Positions 48,304 through 56,398 of a stretch of 64,000 nucleotides of DNA are shown in pieces. The stretch comes from Xanthobacteraceae bacterium (GTDB lineage Bacteria > Pseudomonadota > Alphaproteobacteria > Rhizobiales > Xanthobacteraceae). The stretch spans positions 2,061-66,060 of the forward strand of contig JBDHSY010000001.1 in assembly GCA_039808405.1 (NCBI GenBank), in the 5' to 3' direction. Under the pieces are notes generated by a model, which searched no databases, had not been told where the DNA came from, and was given only the letters and a program-made list of their open reading frames with translations. A program made the translations under genes and the position numbers. The first letter of the stretch is position 1; every line of letters begins with the position of its first letter.

Positions 48304-49084
48304 ATGCACAAGGCAGATTGGCGTTCTCCGGCAGAATATCGGTCCTTTCAACATTATGACCGCGCCGGATTCGCTTGGGAAATCGTTCGTCGCAATCGGG
48401 ATTACTGCCGAGAATATAGAGAAATACTTCGGACGAAGCCGCCAGACCCGCTTCAGATCGAGAGTTTCGTCAAGCGCTGGGGGTTGCGATTTCGGCTCTG
48501 ACCCGGACATCGCCTACGAAGGACAACCTGTCTTCTGGCTTCCCGAGGTTCTTCCCTCGGTTCTGCATATCCGCTCCGTAACGCCGGGCATGACGTCCTG
48601 GCCGCTCGATCCGGCGGCGCTGATGTCGGCGCCAAACGCCGTGCGGAGCCGAGACGGAGACCATGTCATCGTTGCGCCCGATGCGACGCACCGCGTCTGG
48701 ACCGATGGCTATTCCAAGGGCGTCATGGCGATTGTCCTGCCGCTGGATTTGCTGTTCGCCGACCGGGCGGCCGCCGCGATCCGCTTCTGGAATTCTCTCG
48801 TCGGCAATCGGGCGGGCCCGGAGCCGAAACCGCTCACGCCCTATGCGCGCGGCCAGCTCATCCTCTCTATCCGTCTGCTGGACGCCGAGCGAGATGGCGC
48901 CACCGAGCGTCAGATGGCCGAATATATCCTGAAGGAAAGTGCGCCGACGCGGCGTGACTGGCTGGCGACCGAGCATCGCTCGCGCCTTCGCCGCCTCTTG
49001 AAGAAGGCGCACAGGCTGCTGGACGGCGGCTATCTGCAAATATTGTGTCCGCCACCACGTCGCCCGCGACGCAAGGCAAAATAA
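48304..49084 (+). CDS. FseA-like transcriptional activator (DUF6499-like N-terminus plus DUF2285-like C-terminus) encoded in two frames: 48304-48492 (frame 1) joined to 48494-49084 (+1 frame)
   Basis: Frame 1 reads MHKADWRSPAEYRSFQHYDRAGFAWEIVRRNRDY...VKRWGLRF-RL*. The +1 frame continues GSDPDIAYEGQPVFWLPEV...GYLQIL. The junction at TTT_CGG matches the unsplit layout ..RWGLRF..DP....W.. that I recall for this family. Confidence 0.7.
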
Positions 49085-49199
49085 TTACACCCCTGAAAAG
49101 TCGACTCTCCCCCCACGCTGATCCGCTTCGCCAATCTGCACTCCGATGCGCTGACAGCCACTGCTGTCCGCCGTGACCCATTCGGAAGGCAGGACTGAG

Positions 49200-49487
49200 A
49201 TGCACCCTGATACGGATTTCGACTCGCTGCCCGGTTCGAAATATCTGCGGACGCCTGACGCGGCCCAGCTCCTCGGACTTTCCCCGAGAACACTCGAAAA
49301 GCATCGCACCTTCGGCACCGGGCCCACCTATCGCAAGCTCGGGGGCAGGATCGTCTATCGCGTGGATGACCTGCGCCAATGGGCCGATCGCGGCGTGCGC
49401 CAGTCCACCTCCGACCCAGGCGCGGGCACGGTGTTCGCCGCCAGACCTCTGACGGCCGAAGAAATAGCCGTAAGCGACGGTCGCTGA
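49200..49487 (+). CDS. Excisionase/AlpA-type HTH protein (RdfS-like candidate)
   Basis: Internal ATG 49200. YLRTPDAAQLLGLSPRTLEKHRTFGTGPTYRKLGGRIVYRVDDLRQWA is an HTH_17-like fold. Confidence 0.75.
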   Translation: MHPDTDFDSLPGSKYLRTPDAAQLLGLSPRTLEKHRTFGTGPTYRKLGGRIVYRVDDLRQWADRGVRQSTSDPGAGTVFAARPLTAEEIAVSDGR

Positions 49488-49493
49488 ACCATC

Positions 49494-50606
49494 ATGGCCG
49501 GCAATCATCGACCACTGGGCCAGAGCGAACGCGCGCGCCTCGATCCGTTTGAAGCGCTGTCCGGAAACGTGCCGCCGCGCGACCAGCGCGACCTCATGGA
49601 GCGCCCCTTCTTCTCGCTGGCGAAGGCCCGGCGCATCGCGCCGATCCTTTATAAATCCGGCGATACCGAAGTGCAGGTCTATGCCGTGCCCGAACATGGT
49701 CTGGCGACCATTTGGGATGCCGATGTCCTGATCTGGGCCGCGAGCCAGCTTCTCGCCGCCGACGATCGCGGACTGCCGACCTCCCGGTTTTTCCGCTTCA
49801 CGCCCTATCAACTGCTCACCTCCATCGGCCGGGGAACGGGCGCGCGCAACTACCACCTTCTCAAGGGCGCCCTGACACGGCTGCAATCGACGGTCGTGCG
49901 CACGACCATTCGGCACGGTGAGCATTGGCGACGCCAGCAATTCTCCTGGATCAACGAATGGGAGGAACTGGCGACACGGACCGGCCGGATCGAGGGCATG
50001 GAATTCGTTCTCCCCGACTGGTTCTACCATGGCGTCCTCGATCGCCGCCTCGTGCTGGCGATCGATCCAGGCTATTTCCGGCTCACCGGCGGCATTGAGC
50101 GCTGGCTTTATCGGATCGCGCGCAAACATGCCGGACGACAGCCCAATGGCTGGCGTTTCGAGCTGCGCCACCTTCACGCCAAAAGCGCCAGCCAATCACG
50201 CTTCTCCGATTTTGCACTGCACATCCGCGCCATTGTGCGGAGCCAATCGCTCCCTGGCTACGTCCTGGAGTTGGTGCCAGGAACGGGTTCGGAGACCCTC
50301 CTGGTGATGCGGCCGCGCATTATTGAGATCAGCGCAGGGCCTGTGGATAACTTTCCGCGTCATAAGCGCCGTATCGGTACTTCGGACGCAATGGCTATCG
50401 GTACTTCGAACGCAGTCCTATCCGTACTTCGGACGCACGCATCCCAGCTAAACCTTTGGCCTTCCAGCACAAAACTGGACTCTAAAGACTCTAAATCAGA
50501 ATCTAAAGAAGTAGTAGAAGCGCGCGGAGCTGGGGATAGATCGTCCAACGCCTCGCTTGGCGGCCGCTCCGACATCTCCCGAACTCGACAGGAGCGCCGC
50601 TCATGA
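49494..50606 (+). CDS. repA: Replication initiator protein A (RPA family)
   Basis: RDQRDLMERPFFSLAKARR...VYAVPEHGLATIWDADVLIWAASQL. 370 aa. Confidence 0.85.
   Translation: MAGNHRPLGQSERARLDPFEALSGNVPPRDQRDLMERPFFSLAKARRIAPILYKSGDTEVQVYAVPEHGLATIWDADVLIWAASQLLAADDRGLPTSRFFRFTPYQLLTSIGRGTGARNYHLLKGALTRLQSTVVRTTIRHGEHWRRQQFSWINEWEELATRTGRIEGMEFVLPDWFYHGVLDRRLVLAIDPGYFRLTGGIERWLYRIARKHAGRQPNGWRFELRHLHAKSASQSRFSDFALHIRAIVRSQSLPGYVLELVPGTGSETLLVMRPRIIEISAGPVDNFPRHKRRIGTSDAMAIGTSNAVLSVLRTHASQLNLWPSSTKLDSKDSKSESKEVVEARGAGDRSSNASLGGRSDISRTRQERRS
50373..50438 (+). repeat. Three iteron-like 19-bp direct repeats (period 23-24 bp) inside the 3' end of repA
   Basis: TATCGGTACTTCGGACGCA (50373), TATCGGTACTTCGAACGCA (50397), TATCCGTACTTCGGACGCA (50420). 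An AT-rich CTCTAAAGA/CTCTAAATCA/ATCTAAAGA patch follows at about 50470-50510. Confidence 0.75.
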
Positions 50607-51241
50607 TCGTCGCGCTCCTCAATCAGAAGGGCGGCGTCGGCAAGACCACGCTCGCGCTGCACCTTGCTGGACAATGGGCGAGGCAAGGGCGCCGTGTCCT
50701 GCTGATCGACGCCGATCCTCAAGGGTCCGCGCTCGACTGGTCGCAGCAACGCGCCGCCGAAGGACTGCCTCGGCTGTTCAGCGTGATCGGCCTCGCCCGC
50801 GACACCCTGCACATCGAAGCGCCGGAGCTGGCGCGCGGCATGGATCATGTGGTCATCGACGGGCCGCCGCGTGTCGCCACCTTGCTCCGCTCGGCGCTGT
50901 TCGCCTGCGACCTCGCGCTGATCCCGGTGCAGCCATCGCCGCTCGACGGATGGGCGTCGGCCGAGATGCTGAAGCTGATCGACCAGGCGCGCATCTTCAA
51001 ACCCGCGATCGGCGCGCGCTTCCTGCTCAACCGCTACCCCACGCGCACCCTGATCGCCCGCGCCACCGCCGAGAGCCTTGCCGAACACGACCCGCCGCTG
51101 CTGGCGCAACATGTCGGTCAGCGCGTGGTGTTCGCCGACGCCATGCAAACCGGGCGGCTGGTGTCGGAGGTCGATCCCGAAAGCACGGCAGCGCATGAGA
51201 TCACCGCGCTGGCCGCCGAGATCGAGGCGATCAGATCATGA
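50603..51241 (+). CDS. parA: ParA/Soj-type partition ATPase
   Basis: MIVALLNQKGGVGKTTLALHLA (deviant Walker A), LIDADPQGS. Confidence 0.9.
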   Translation: MIVALLNQKGGVGKTTLALHLAGQWARQGRRVLLIDADPQGSALDWSQQRAAEGLPRLFSVIGLARDTLHIEAPELARGMDHVVIDGPPRVATLLRSALFACDLALIPVQPSPLDGWASAEMLKLIDQARIFKPAIGARFLLNRYPTRTLIARATAESLAEHDPPLLAQHVGQRVVFADAMQTGRLVSEVDPESTAAHEITALAAEIEAIRS

Positions 51242-51492
51242 CGACGCGCAAGCTCAGAACAGGGTTCACGTCCCGGCCCGGTGCGGCCGAAGCGTGGATT
51301 GCGGGACCGCAGGACGCCGCTGCACCAACCGCGCCGCCGCCGGTCAACAGCGCCAGATTGACGATCGACGTGACGCCTCAGTTGCGGCGACGCCTCAAAC
51401 TCGCGGCGCTCCAGCGCGGCGTGTCGCTCGCCGACATGCTGCGCGAGCTGCTGCATCGTGAGTATCCCGACGATGCGGAAAACGGATCATGA
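51238..51492 (+). CDS. Ribbon-helix-helix partition/centromere-binding protein candidate
   Basis: 84 aa. The C-terminal RLTIDVTPQLRRRLKLAALQRGVSLADMLRELL is an RHH pattern. It is coupled to parA. Confidence 0.65.
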   Translation: MTTRKLRTGFTSRPGAAEAWIAGPQDAAAPTAPPPVNSARLTIDVTPQLRRRLKLAALQRGVSLADMLRELLHREYPDDAENGS

Positions 51493-51968
51493 GCGCCGCC
51501 CGCCACGCCGGTCGCACGCGCGTCGATCTGCTGTGGATCGAGCGCCGCATCGAGCGCTGGATACGCTTCGGTCGCCTGGTCGAGGATCAGATCCTCGACC
51601 GCCAGCGCCGCCGCGTCGCCTTCGCACAGGACAGCGTGTTCGCCTACGTCCGTTGGGCATCCAATGACTTCGGCACGCTGGTGTCGCGCATCGACATCCT
51701 GCGCGCCGTCAATCCGGGCGAACCCTGGCAGACCGTGCCGGGCGTCACGCCCGGCGGCGAGATTCTGCTGCGCGTCAATGGTTGGCCCAAGGTCCAGCGG
51801 GTGTTCGAGGCGATCGACGCCGTGGATGCGCTGAACATCGATCCCGCCGACGCCGCGCCCGACCATTGGCGACACGTCCATAACCGTCTCGCAGCGCAGG
51901 AAAGCCCGCGCCCCTACACGCTGGAGCGTCATCGCGCCTGGCTCGCCCGCAAGGGAGCATTGCAATGA
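51489..51968 (+). CDS. DUF2840-like conserved protein
   Basis: 159 aa, translationally coupled on both sides. It sits in the position seen upstream of traF in related elements (from memory). Confidence 0.6.
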   Translation: MSAARHAGRTRVDLLWIERRIERWIRFGRLVEDQILDRQRRRVAFAQDSVFAYVRWASNDFGTLVSRIDILRAVNPGEPWQTVPGVTPGGEILLRVNGWPKVQRVFEAIDAVDALNIDPADAAPDHWRHVHNRLAAQESPRPYTLERHRAWLARKGALQ

Positions 51969-52480
51969 GATTTCGCTGGGGAACGCTGGTGACGATGGTC
52001 GCGGCAGTCAATGTCATCGCAATTTCGGTGTGGATCAATCCGCCGCCGAAGCTGATCTGGAACGCCTCGGCCAGCGTGCCGATCGGCTTCTACACCGTCC
52101 GTCCGTCGAACAATCTGCGCGTCGGCGATCTCGCCGTCGTGACGCCGCCCGACGATGTCGCCGCGTTCCTTTCGGCGGGCGGTTATCTGCCCCTCGGCGT
52201 GCCGCTGATCAAACCGGTCGCCGCGCTGCCGGGCCAGATGGTGTGCCGCACCGGCATCGCCATCACCATCGACGGAAAGCCGTTCGGCGCTGCACGCGAA
52301 CGGGATCGGCTGCATCGGCCGTTGCCCGTCTGGAAAGGGTGCCGTGTCGTCGCCGCCGACGAGATTTTCTTCATGAACGCCGACCGCCTCGACAGCCTAG
52401 ACGGCCGCTATTTCGGGCCGCTGCCCGCATCGTCCGTGATCGGTCGCGCGACGCCGCTGCGCACGCGCGCATCATTCTGA
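51965..52480 (+). CDS. traF: S26-family conjugal transfer signal peptidase TraF
   Basis: N-terminal TM, ...NASASVPIGFY...GDLAVV...DSLDGRYFGPLP. Confidence 0.8.
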   Translation: MRFRWGTLVTMVAAVNVIAISVWINPPPKLIWNASASVPIGFYTVRPSNNLRVGDLAVVTPPDDVAAFLSAGGYLPLGVPLIKPVAALPGQMVCRTGIAITIDGKPFGAARERDRLHRPLPVWKGCRVVAADEIFFMNADRLDSLDGRYFGPLPASSVIGRATPLRTRASF

Positions 52481-52515
52481 TCGCTTTCCCCCTGCCAGCA
52501 CAAAGGAGATTGGCA

Positions 52516-52851
52516 ATGTACGCAGGCGCCTTCAAACCCACCGAGGACGGCTATTCAGGCCGCATCCGGATGTTCGGGATCGACGAGGCGATCATCATCG
52601 TCCCCGCCGAACCGAATGACGCCGAGAACGCGCCCGACTACCGGGTTCATCTCGACGAAGACGCCGGCCCGGAGATCGGCGCGGGATGGAAGCGCGTCGG
52701 CGAAAAGGCCGGCGACTATGTGTCGATCGAGATCGACAGCGCGATTTTCACCGGCCCGCCGTTGCGCGCCAATCTGTTCCGCGCCGATGACGAGGGCACG
52801 ACGTTCAACCTGTCGTGGAACCGACCGCGGCCGCGCGAAGACCGGAGCTGA
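52516..52851 (+). CDS. DUF736-family protein (second copy)
   Basis: Internal ATG 52516 (AAAGGAG upstream) gives MYAGAFKPTEDGYSGRI...PDYRV...GAGW... Confidence 0.78.
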   Translation: MYAGAFKPTEDGYSGRIRMFGIDEAIIIVPAEPNDAENAPDYRVHLDEDAGPEIGAGWKRVGEKAGDYVSIEIDSAIFTGPPLRANLFRADDEGTTFNLSWNRPRPREDRS

Positions 52852-52876
52852 TCGGTTGCGCCCGCGTCGCCGTTCC

Positions 52877-53581
52877 ATGCGTGGCCGGGCGCTGTCGCTG
52901 GCGTGGCTCGCCATCATGGCGAGCGCGCCGGCGACGGCCTTGCCCGTTCCCGCCGCCGCGCAAATGATCGCGCCGCACACCGCCGATCCTGTCGCCCGCC
53001 ATGTCGCCGAGGCATCGCGGCGGTTCGGCATTCCCCAGGCGTGGATATGGGCGGTGATGCGCGCCGAAAGCGCCGGCGACGTGCGCGCTATCTCCCATGC
53101 CGGGGCGATGGGCCTGATGCAGATCATGCCCGACACCTGGGCCTATCTGCGCGCCCGATACGGTCTTGGCGACGATCCCTATCATGTCAGGGACAACATC
53201 ATCGCGGGCACGGCTTACCTTCGCGAACTGCATGACCGCTTTGGATCGCCCGGTTTTCTCGCCGCCTATAATGCGGGACCGGGACGCTATGAACAGCACC
53301 TCGCAACCGGTCGACCGCTCCCCCGAGAGACCCGCGCCTATCTCGCGATCCTCGCGCCGATGGTCGGCGGATCGCAGCCTGACCGTGCGACTATCGCACC
53401 CGTCGATCCGCTGGCGTGGATGCGCGCGCCGCTATTCGCCATGCGCGCGGACGACGCCCGAGCTGCACCGCAAGCCGCAACCGAGACGCCGCCGGATGAC
53501 GAAACGGCCGCACAGAATGTTGCATCCGAAGAGCCTCCCGAACGCCTGTTCGTCCCTCTTTCCGGCCAGGAACCGTTATGA
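52877..53581 (+). CDS. Lytic transglycosylase (SLT domain)
   Basis: Signal peptide, AVMRAESAGD...GAMGLMQIMPDTW...AYNAGPGRY. Start at ATG 52877 (TTG 52856 is also possible). Confidence 0.85.
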   Translation: MRGRALSLAWLAIMASAPATALPVPAAAQMIAPHTADPVARHVAEASRRFGIPQAWIWAVMRAESAGDVRAISHAGAMGLMQIMPDTWAYLRARYGLGDDPYHVRDNIIAGTAYLRELHDRFGSPGFLAAYNAGPGRYEQHLATGRPLPRETRAYLAILAPMVGGSQPDRATIAPVDPLAWMRAPLFAMRADDARAAPQAATETPPDDETAAQNVASEEPPERLFVPLSGQEPL

Positions 53582-53834
53582 CGCGGGCTGGCGTGCCCCG
53601 TCGCGTCATAGGGTGCAAACGGATACAGACGGTCGGAAGCTCTTGGGATTTGGGTAGAAGCAGGGAGGCATGGCCAGATAAAAGGACCGCCGTCTCGCGG
53701 GGTCCATGTGGTTGGTTGGGCTTGCTTTTCTTGTCGGCTCCCAAAGTGGGCCTGCCAGCCGTGCTTTCAGAAAACAGCATGAAATCAATCGGCGCGCGTA
53801 TGGCGCCCGCTATTCGGCCCGGAAGCCGCGCCCG

Positions 53835-55589
53835 ATGAGCGCCCGCGACGATGATTTCCGGGTGCGCCCAGGAAGGCCTCGCGATAGCGCCAAGCAAGAC
53901 AAGCAGGCCAAGTCGTTCGTCGGTCAGGTGATGCGCGCCGCCAGGAAGGCCGGACACACAGGACGCGGCTTCGGACCTCGCCGGCAAGGCGGCGGAGGAT
54001 CGCGCTTTGGTCGCGGCAATGCCGCAGGCTCCAGTCGCGCTCGCCGGCCCGACATGCGCCGCGTCATCGTCAAGATGCGGGTCGTGCGCCATGCGGGCAC
54101 AAAGTTCCGGGCGGCGCCGATCGCCCGGCATGTGGCTTATCTGGAGCGCGAGGGCGTCACCCGCGATGGCGCGCCTGCCCAGATGTTTGATGCCGGCACC
54201 GACCGGGTCGATGGCGAAGCCTTCGCCGCACGGTGCGAAGACGACCGGCATCATTTCCGGTTCATCGTCTCGCCCGAGGACGCCGGCGAAATGCAGGACC
54301 TGCGCGCCTTCACCCGCGAACTGATGGCCGACGCCCAGCGCGACCTCGGCACATCGCTCGACTGGGTGGCCGTCGATCACTGGAACACGGATAATCCCCA
54401 TATCCATGTGCTGGTGCGCGGCCGCGCCGATGACGGCGGCGACCTCGTCATCAGCCGCAATTATGTGCGCGAGGGATTCCGGGGGCGAGCGGAGGATCGC
54501 GTCACGCTCGAACTCGGCCCGCGCAGCGAGCGCGAGATCCAGGCAGCGTTACGCAAGGATGTCGAGGCCGAGCGCTGGACCGGTCTGGACCGAACCTTGC
54601 GCAACATCGCCGACCATCACGGCGGCATCATCGATCTTCGCCCCGAAACCGGTTCTCACGATGCGGAAGAACGACGCCTGCTGGTCGGTCGGGCGCAGAA
54701 GCTCGAACGCCTCGGTCTTGCCGATCCTATCGGTCCCGCGTCATGGACGCTGAAGCCCGGCGGCGAAGAAACCTTACGCGCCCTGTCGATCCGCGGCGAC
54801 ATCATCAAGACCATGCACGCGGCGATGTCGCGAGGCGTCGGCACGCCAGATATTGCATCGTTCGCGATCCATGACGAACAGGTCGGCGATCCCGTGCTTG
54901 GCCGCCTGGTCGAACGCGGCCTGCATGACGAGCTGGCGGGCACAGCCTATGCCGTCGTCGAAGGTGTGGACGGGCGGACCCATCATCTGCGGTTCAGCGA
55001 TATCGACATGACGGGCGACGCAAGGCCGGGGGCGATCGTCGAACTGCGGTCCTGGGAGGACCACAAGGGCCAGCAACGCCATTCGCTCGCCACCCGTTCC
55101 GACCTCTCGCTGTACCGGCAGGTCACGGCCGACGGTGCGACATGGCTCGATCGCCATCTGATCGCGCGCGATCCGCCCATGCTTGGCGGCGGGTTTGGCG
55201 CGTCGGTGTCCGATGCGCTCGACGCACGGGCCGATCATCTGGTCGATGAAGGTCTGGCGCGGCGGCAAGGGCAGCGCATCATTTTCGCCCGTAATCTGAT
55301 CGGCACGCTGAAGCAGCGCGAACTGGACGGCGCCATCGCCCGGATCGCGGCCGAGACCGGATTGGCGCACAGGCCTTCGGCTCCGGGCGATCATATCGCT
55401 GGGACCTACCGCCAGCGCATCACGCTCGCGTCGGGCCGGTTCGCGATGATGGATGACGGACTGGGGTTCCAGCTCGTGCCCTGGCGGCCGGCGCTCGATC
55501 CGCAGCTTGGCAAGCACATCACCGGGACAATGGCGCCCGGTGGCGGGGTGGACTGGAGTTTTGGTAAGCAGCGTGGTCTGGGACTGTAG
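53835..55589 (+). CDS. Conjugative relaxase (VirD2-like relaxase domain plus DUF3363-like C-terminus)
   Basis: Internal ATG 53835. HVAYLEREG..., HFRFIVSPED, DHWNTDNPHIHVLVRG (His triad). Confidence 0.85.
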   Translation: MSARDDDFRVRPGRPRDSAKQDKQAKSFVGQVMRAARKAGHTGRGFGPRRQGGGGSRFGRGNAAGSSRARRPDMRRVIVKMRVVRHAGTKFRAAPIARHVAYLEREGVTRDGAPAQMFDAGTDRVDGEAFAARCEDDRHHFRFIVSPEDAGEMQDLRAFTRELMADAQRDLGTSLDWVAVDHWNTDNPHIHVLVRGRADDGGDLVISRNYVREGFRGRAEDRVTLELGPRSEREIQAALRKDVEAERWTGLDRTLRNIADHHGGIIDLRPETGSHDAEERRLLVGRAQKLERLGLADPIGPASWTLKPGGEETLRALSIRGDIIKTMHAAMSRGVGTPDIASFAIHDEQVGDPVLGRLVERGLHDELAGTAYAVVEGVDGRTHHLRFSDIDMTGDARPGAIVELRSWEDHKGQQRHSLATRSDLSLYRQVTADGATWLDRHLIARDPPMLGGGFGASVSDALDARADHLVDEGLARRQGQRIIFARNLIGTLKQRELDGAIARIAAETGLAHRPSAPGDHIAGTYRQRITLASGRFAMMDDGLGFQLVPWRPALDPQLGKHITGTMAPGGGVDWSFGKQRGLGL

Positions 55590-55626
55590 GTCTCGGCCAT
55601 TTCCCCCACCACCCCATCAGTCCGCA

Positions 55627-55655
55627 TTGAAATCAGCATCATTCGATGATAAATA
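55627..55655 (+). promoter_or_regulatory. Sigma-70-like promoter with a palindromic operator for vapBC
   Basis: TTGAAA-17 nt-TAAATA. The spacer holds the palindrome ATCAT-tcg-ATGAT (55638-55650). Confidence 0.55.
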
Positions 55656-55681
55656 TGTGCCTTCTGTGGAAAGGCTTCGAT

Positions 55682-55879
55682 ATGCGAACGACTATTGTGC
55701 TTGATGACGAACAGGTGGCGAAAGCTCAGGCATTCACCGGCCTGAAGGAAAAGTCCCAGCTGGTGCGGGAGGCATTCAAGGCACTTATCGAGCGTGAGAG
55801 CGCCCGCCGTCTTGCCTTGCTTGGTGGTAGCGAACCAGACTTGCAAGTCCCCGCCCGTCGTCGGTCTGTGGTCGAATGA
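55682..55879 (+). CDS. vapB: Type II antitoxin VapB
   Basis: MRTTIVLDDEQVAKAQAFTGLKEKSQLVREAFKALIERES. It overlaps vapC by 4 nt. Confidence 0.82.
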   Translation: MRTTIVLDDEQVAKAQAFTGLKEKSQLVREAFKALIERESARRLALLGGSEPDLQVPARRRSVVE

Positions 55880-56247
55880 TCCTTGTCGACAGCACGGTCT
55901 GGGTCGATCATCTGCGGCGAGGCGATCCTCTGCTTGCGAGCCGCCTCGACGCAGGGCTGGTTTACATCCACCCTTTCATCATAGGCGAGATCGCCCTGGG
56001 CAGTTTGCGCCAGCGCGATAAGGTACTGTCGGCGCTGCGCGATTTGCCGATGGCGAACCAGGCTTCCGACGATGAGGTTCAGGGCCTCATCGAACAGCAG
56101 CCGCTCTACAGCCTCGGTATCGGCTATATCGATGCACATCTCCTTGCCGCCACACGTCTGACGCCAGGGCTGCGACTCTGGACCCGCGACAAGCGGCTCA
56201 ATGACATCGCGTCCCGCCTCGGCGTTGCCGAAACCGCCCAACACTGA
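55876..56247 (+). CDS. vapC: PIN-domain toxin VapC
   Basis: MILVDSTVWVDHLR...GEIALG...GIGYIDAHLLA...LWTRDKRL (acidic PIN residues D5, E, D, D). Confidence 0.85.
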   Translation: MILVDSTVWVDHLRRGDPLLASRLDAGLVYIHPFIIGEIALGSLRQRDKVLSALRDLPMANQASDDEVQGLIEQQPLYSLGIGYIDAHLLAATRLTPGLRLWTRDKRLNDIASRLGVAETAQH

Positions 56248-56398
56248 TCGGCAGGGCTCCCAAGGCCTAGATCACGCTCTACGCGAGCGTTTCTTTTTGC
56301 GCGCCAAACCCGCCATTACTTCGACCCCCATCGCCAACATCTTGTAAAATCGGAGTTCCGCACCCGACCTCTACGGCATTTGCCGGGAAGGAAGGGCC

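Noticed and set aside
48867-50195. 442-aa minus-strand ORF opposite the FseA-like 3' end, the HTH gene and repA
   Set aside because: It spans three well-supported + strand genes and an intergenic region, and has a shadow-ORF composition.
53391-54407. 338-aa minus-strand ORF opposite the relaxase 5' region
   Set aside because: Shadow ORF. The + strand carries the relaxase His-triad motif.
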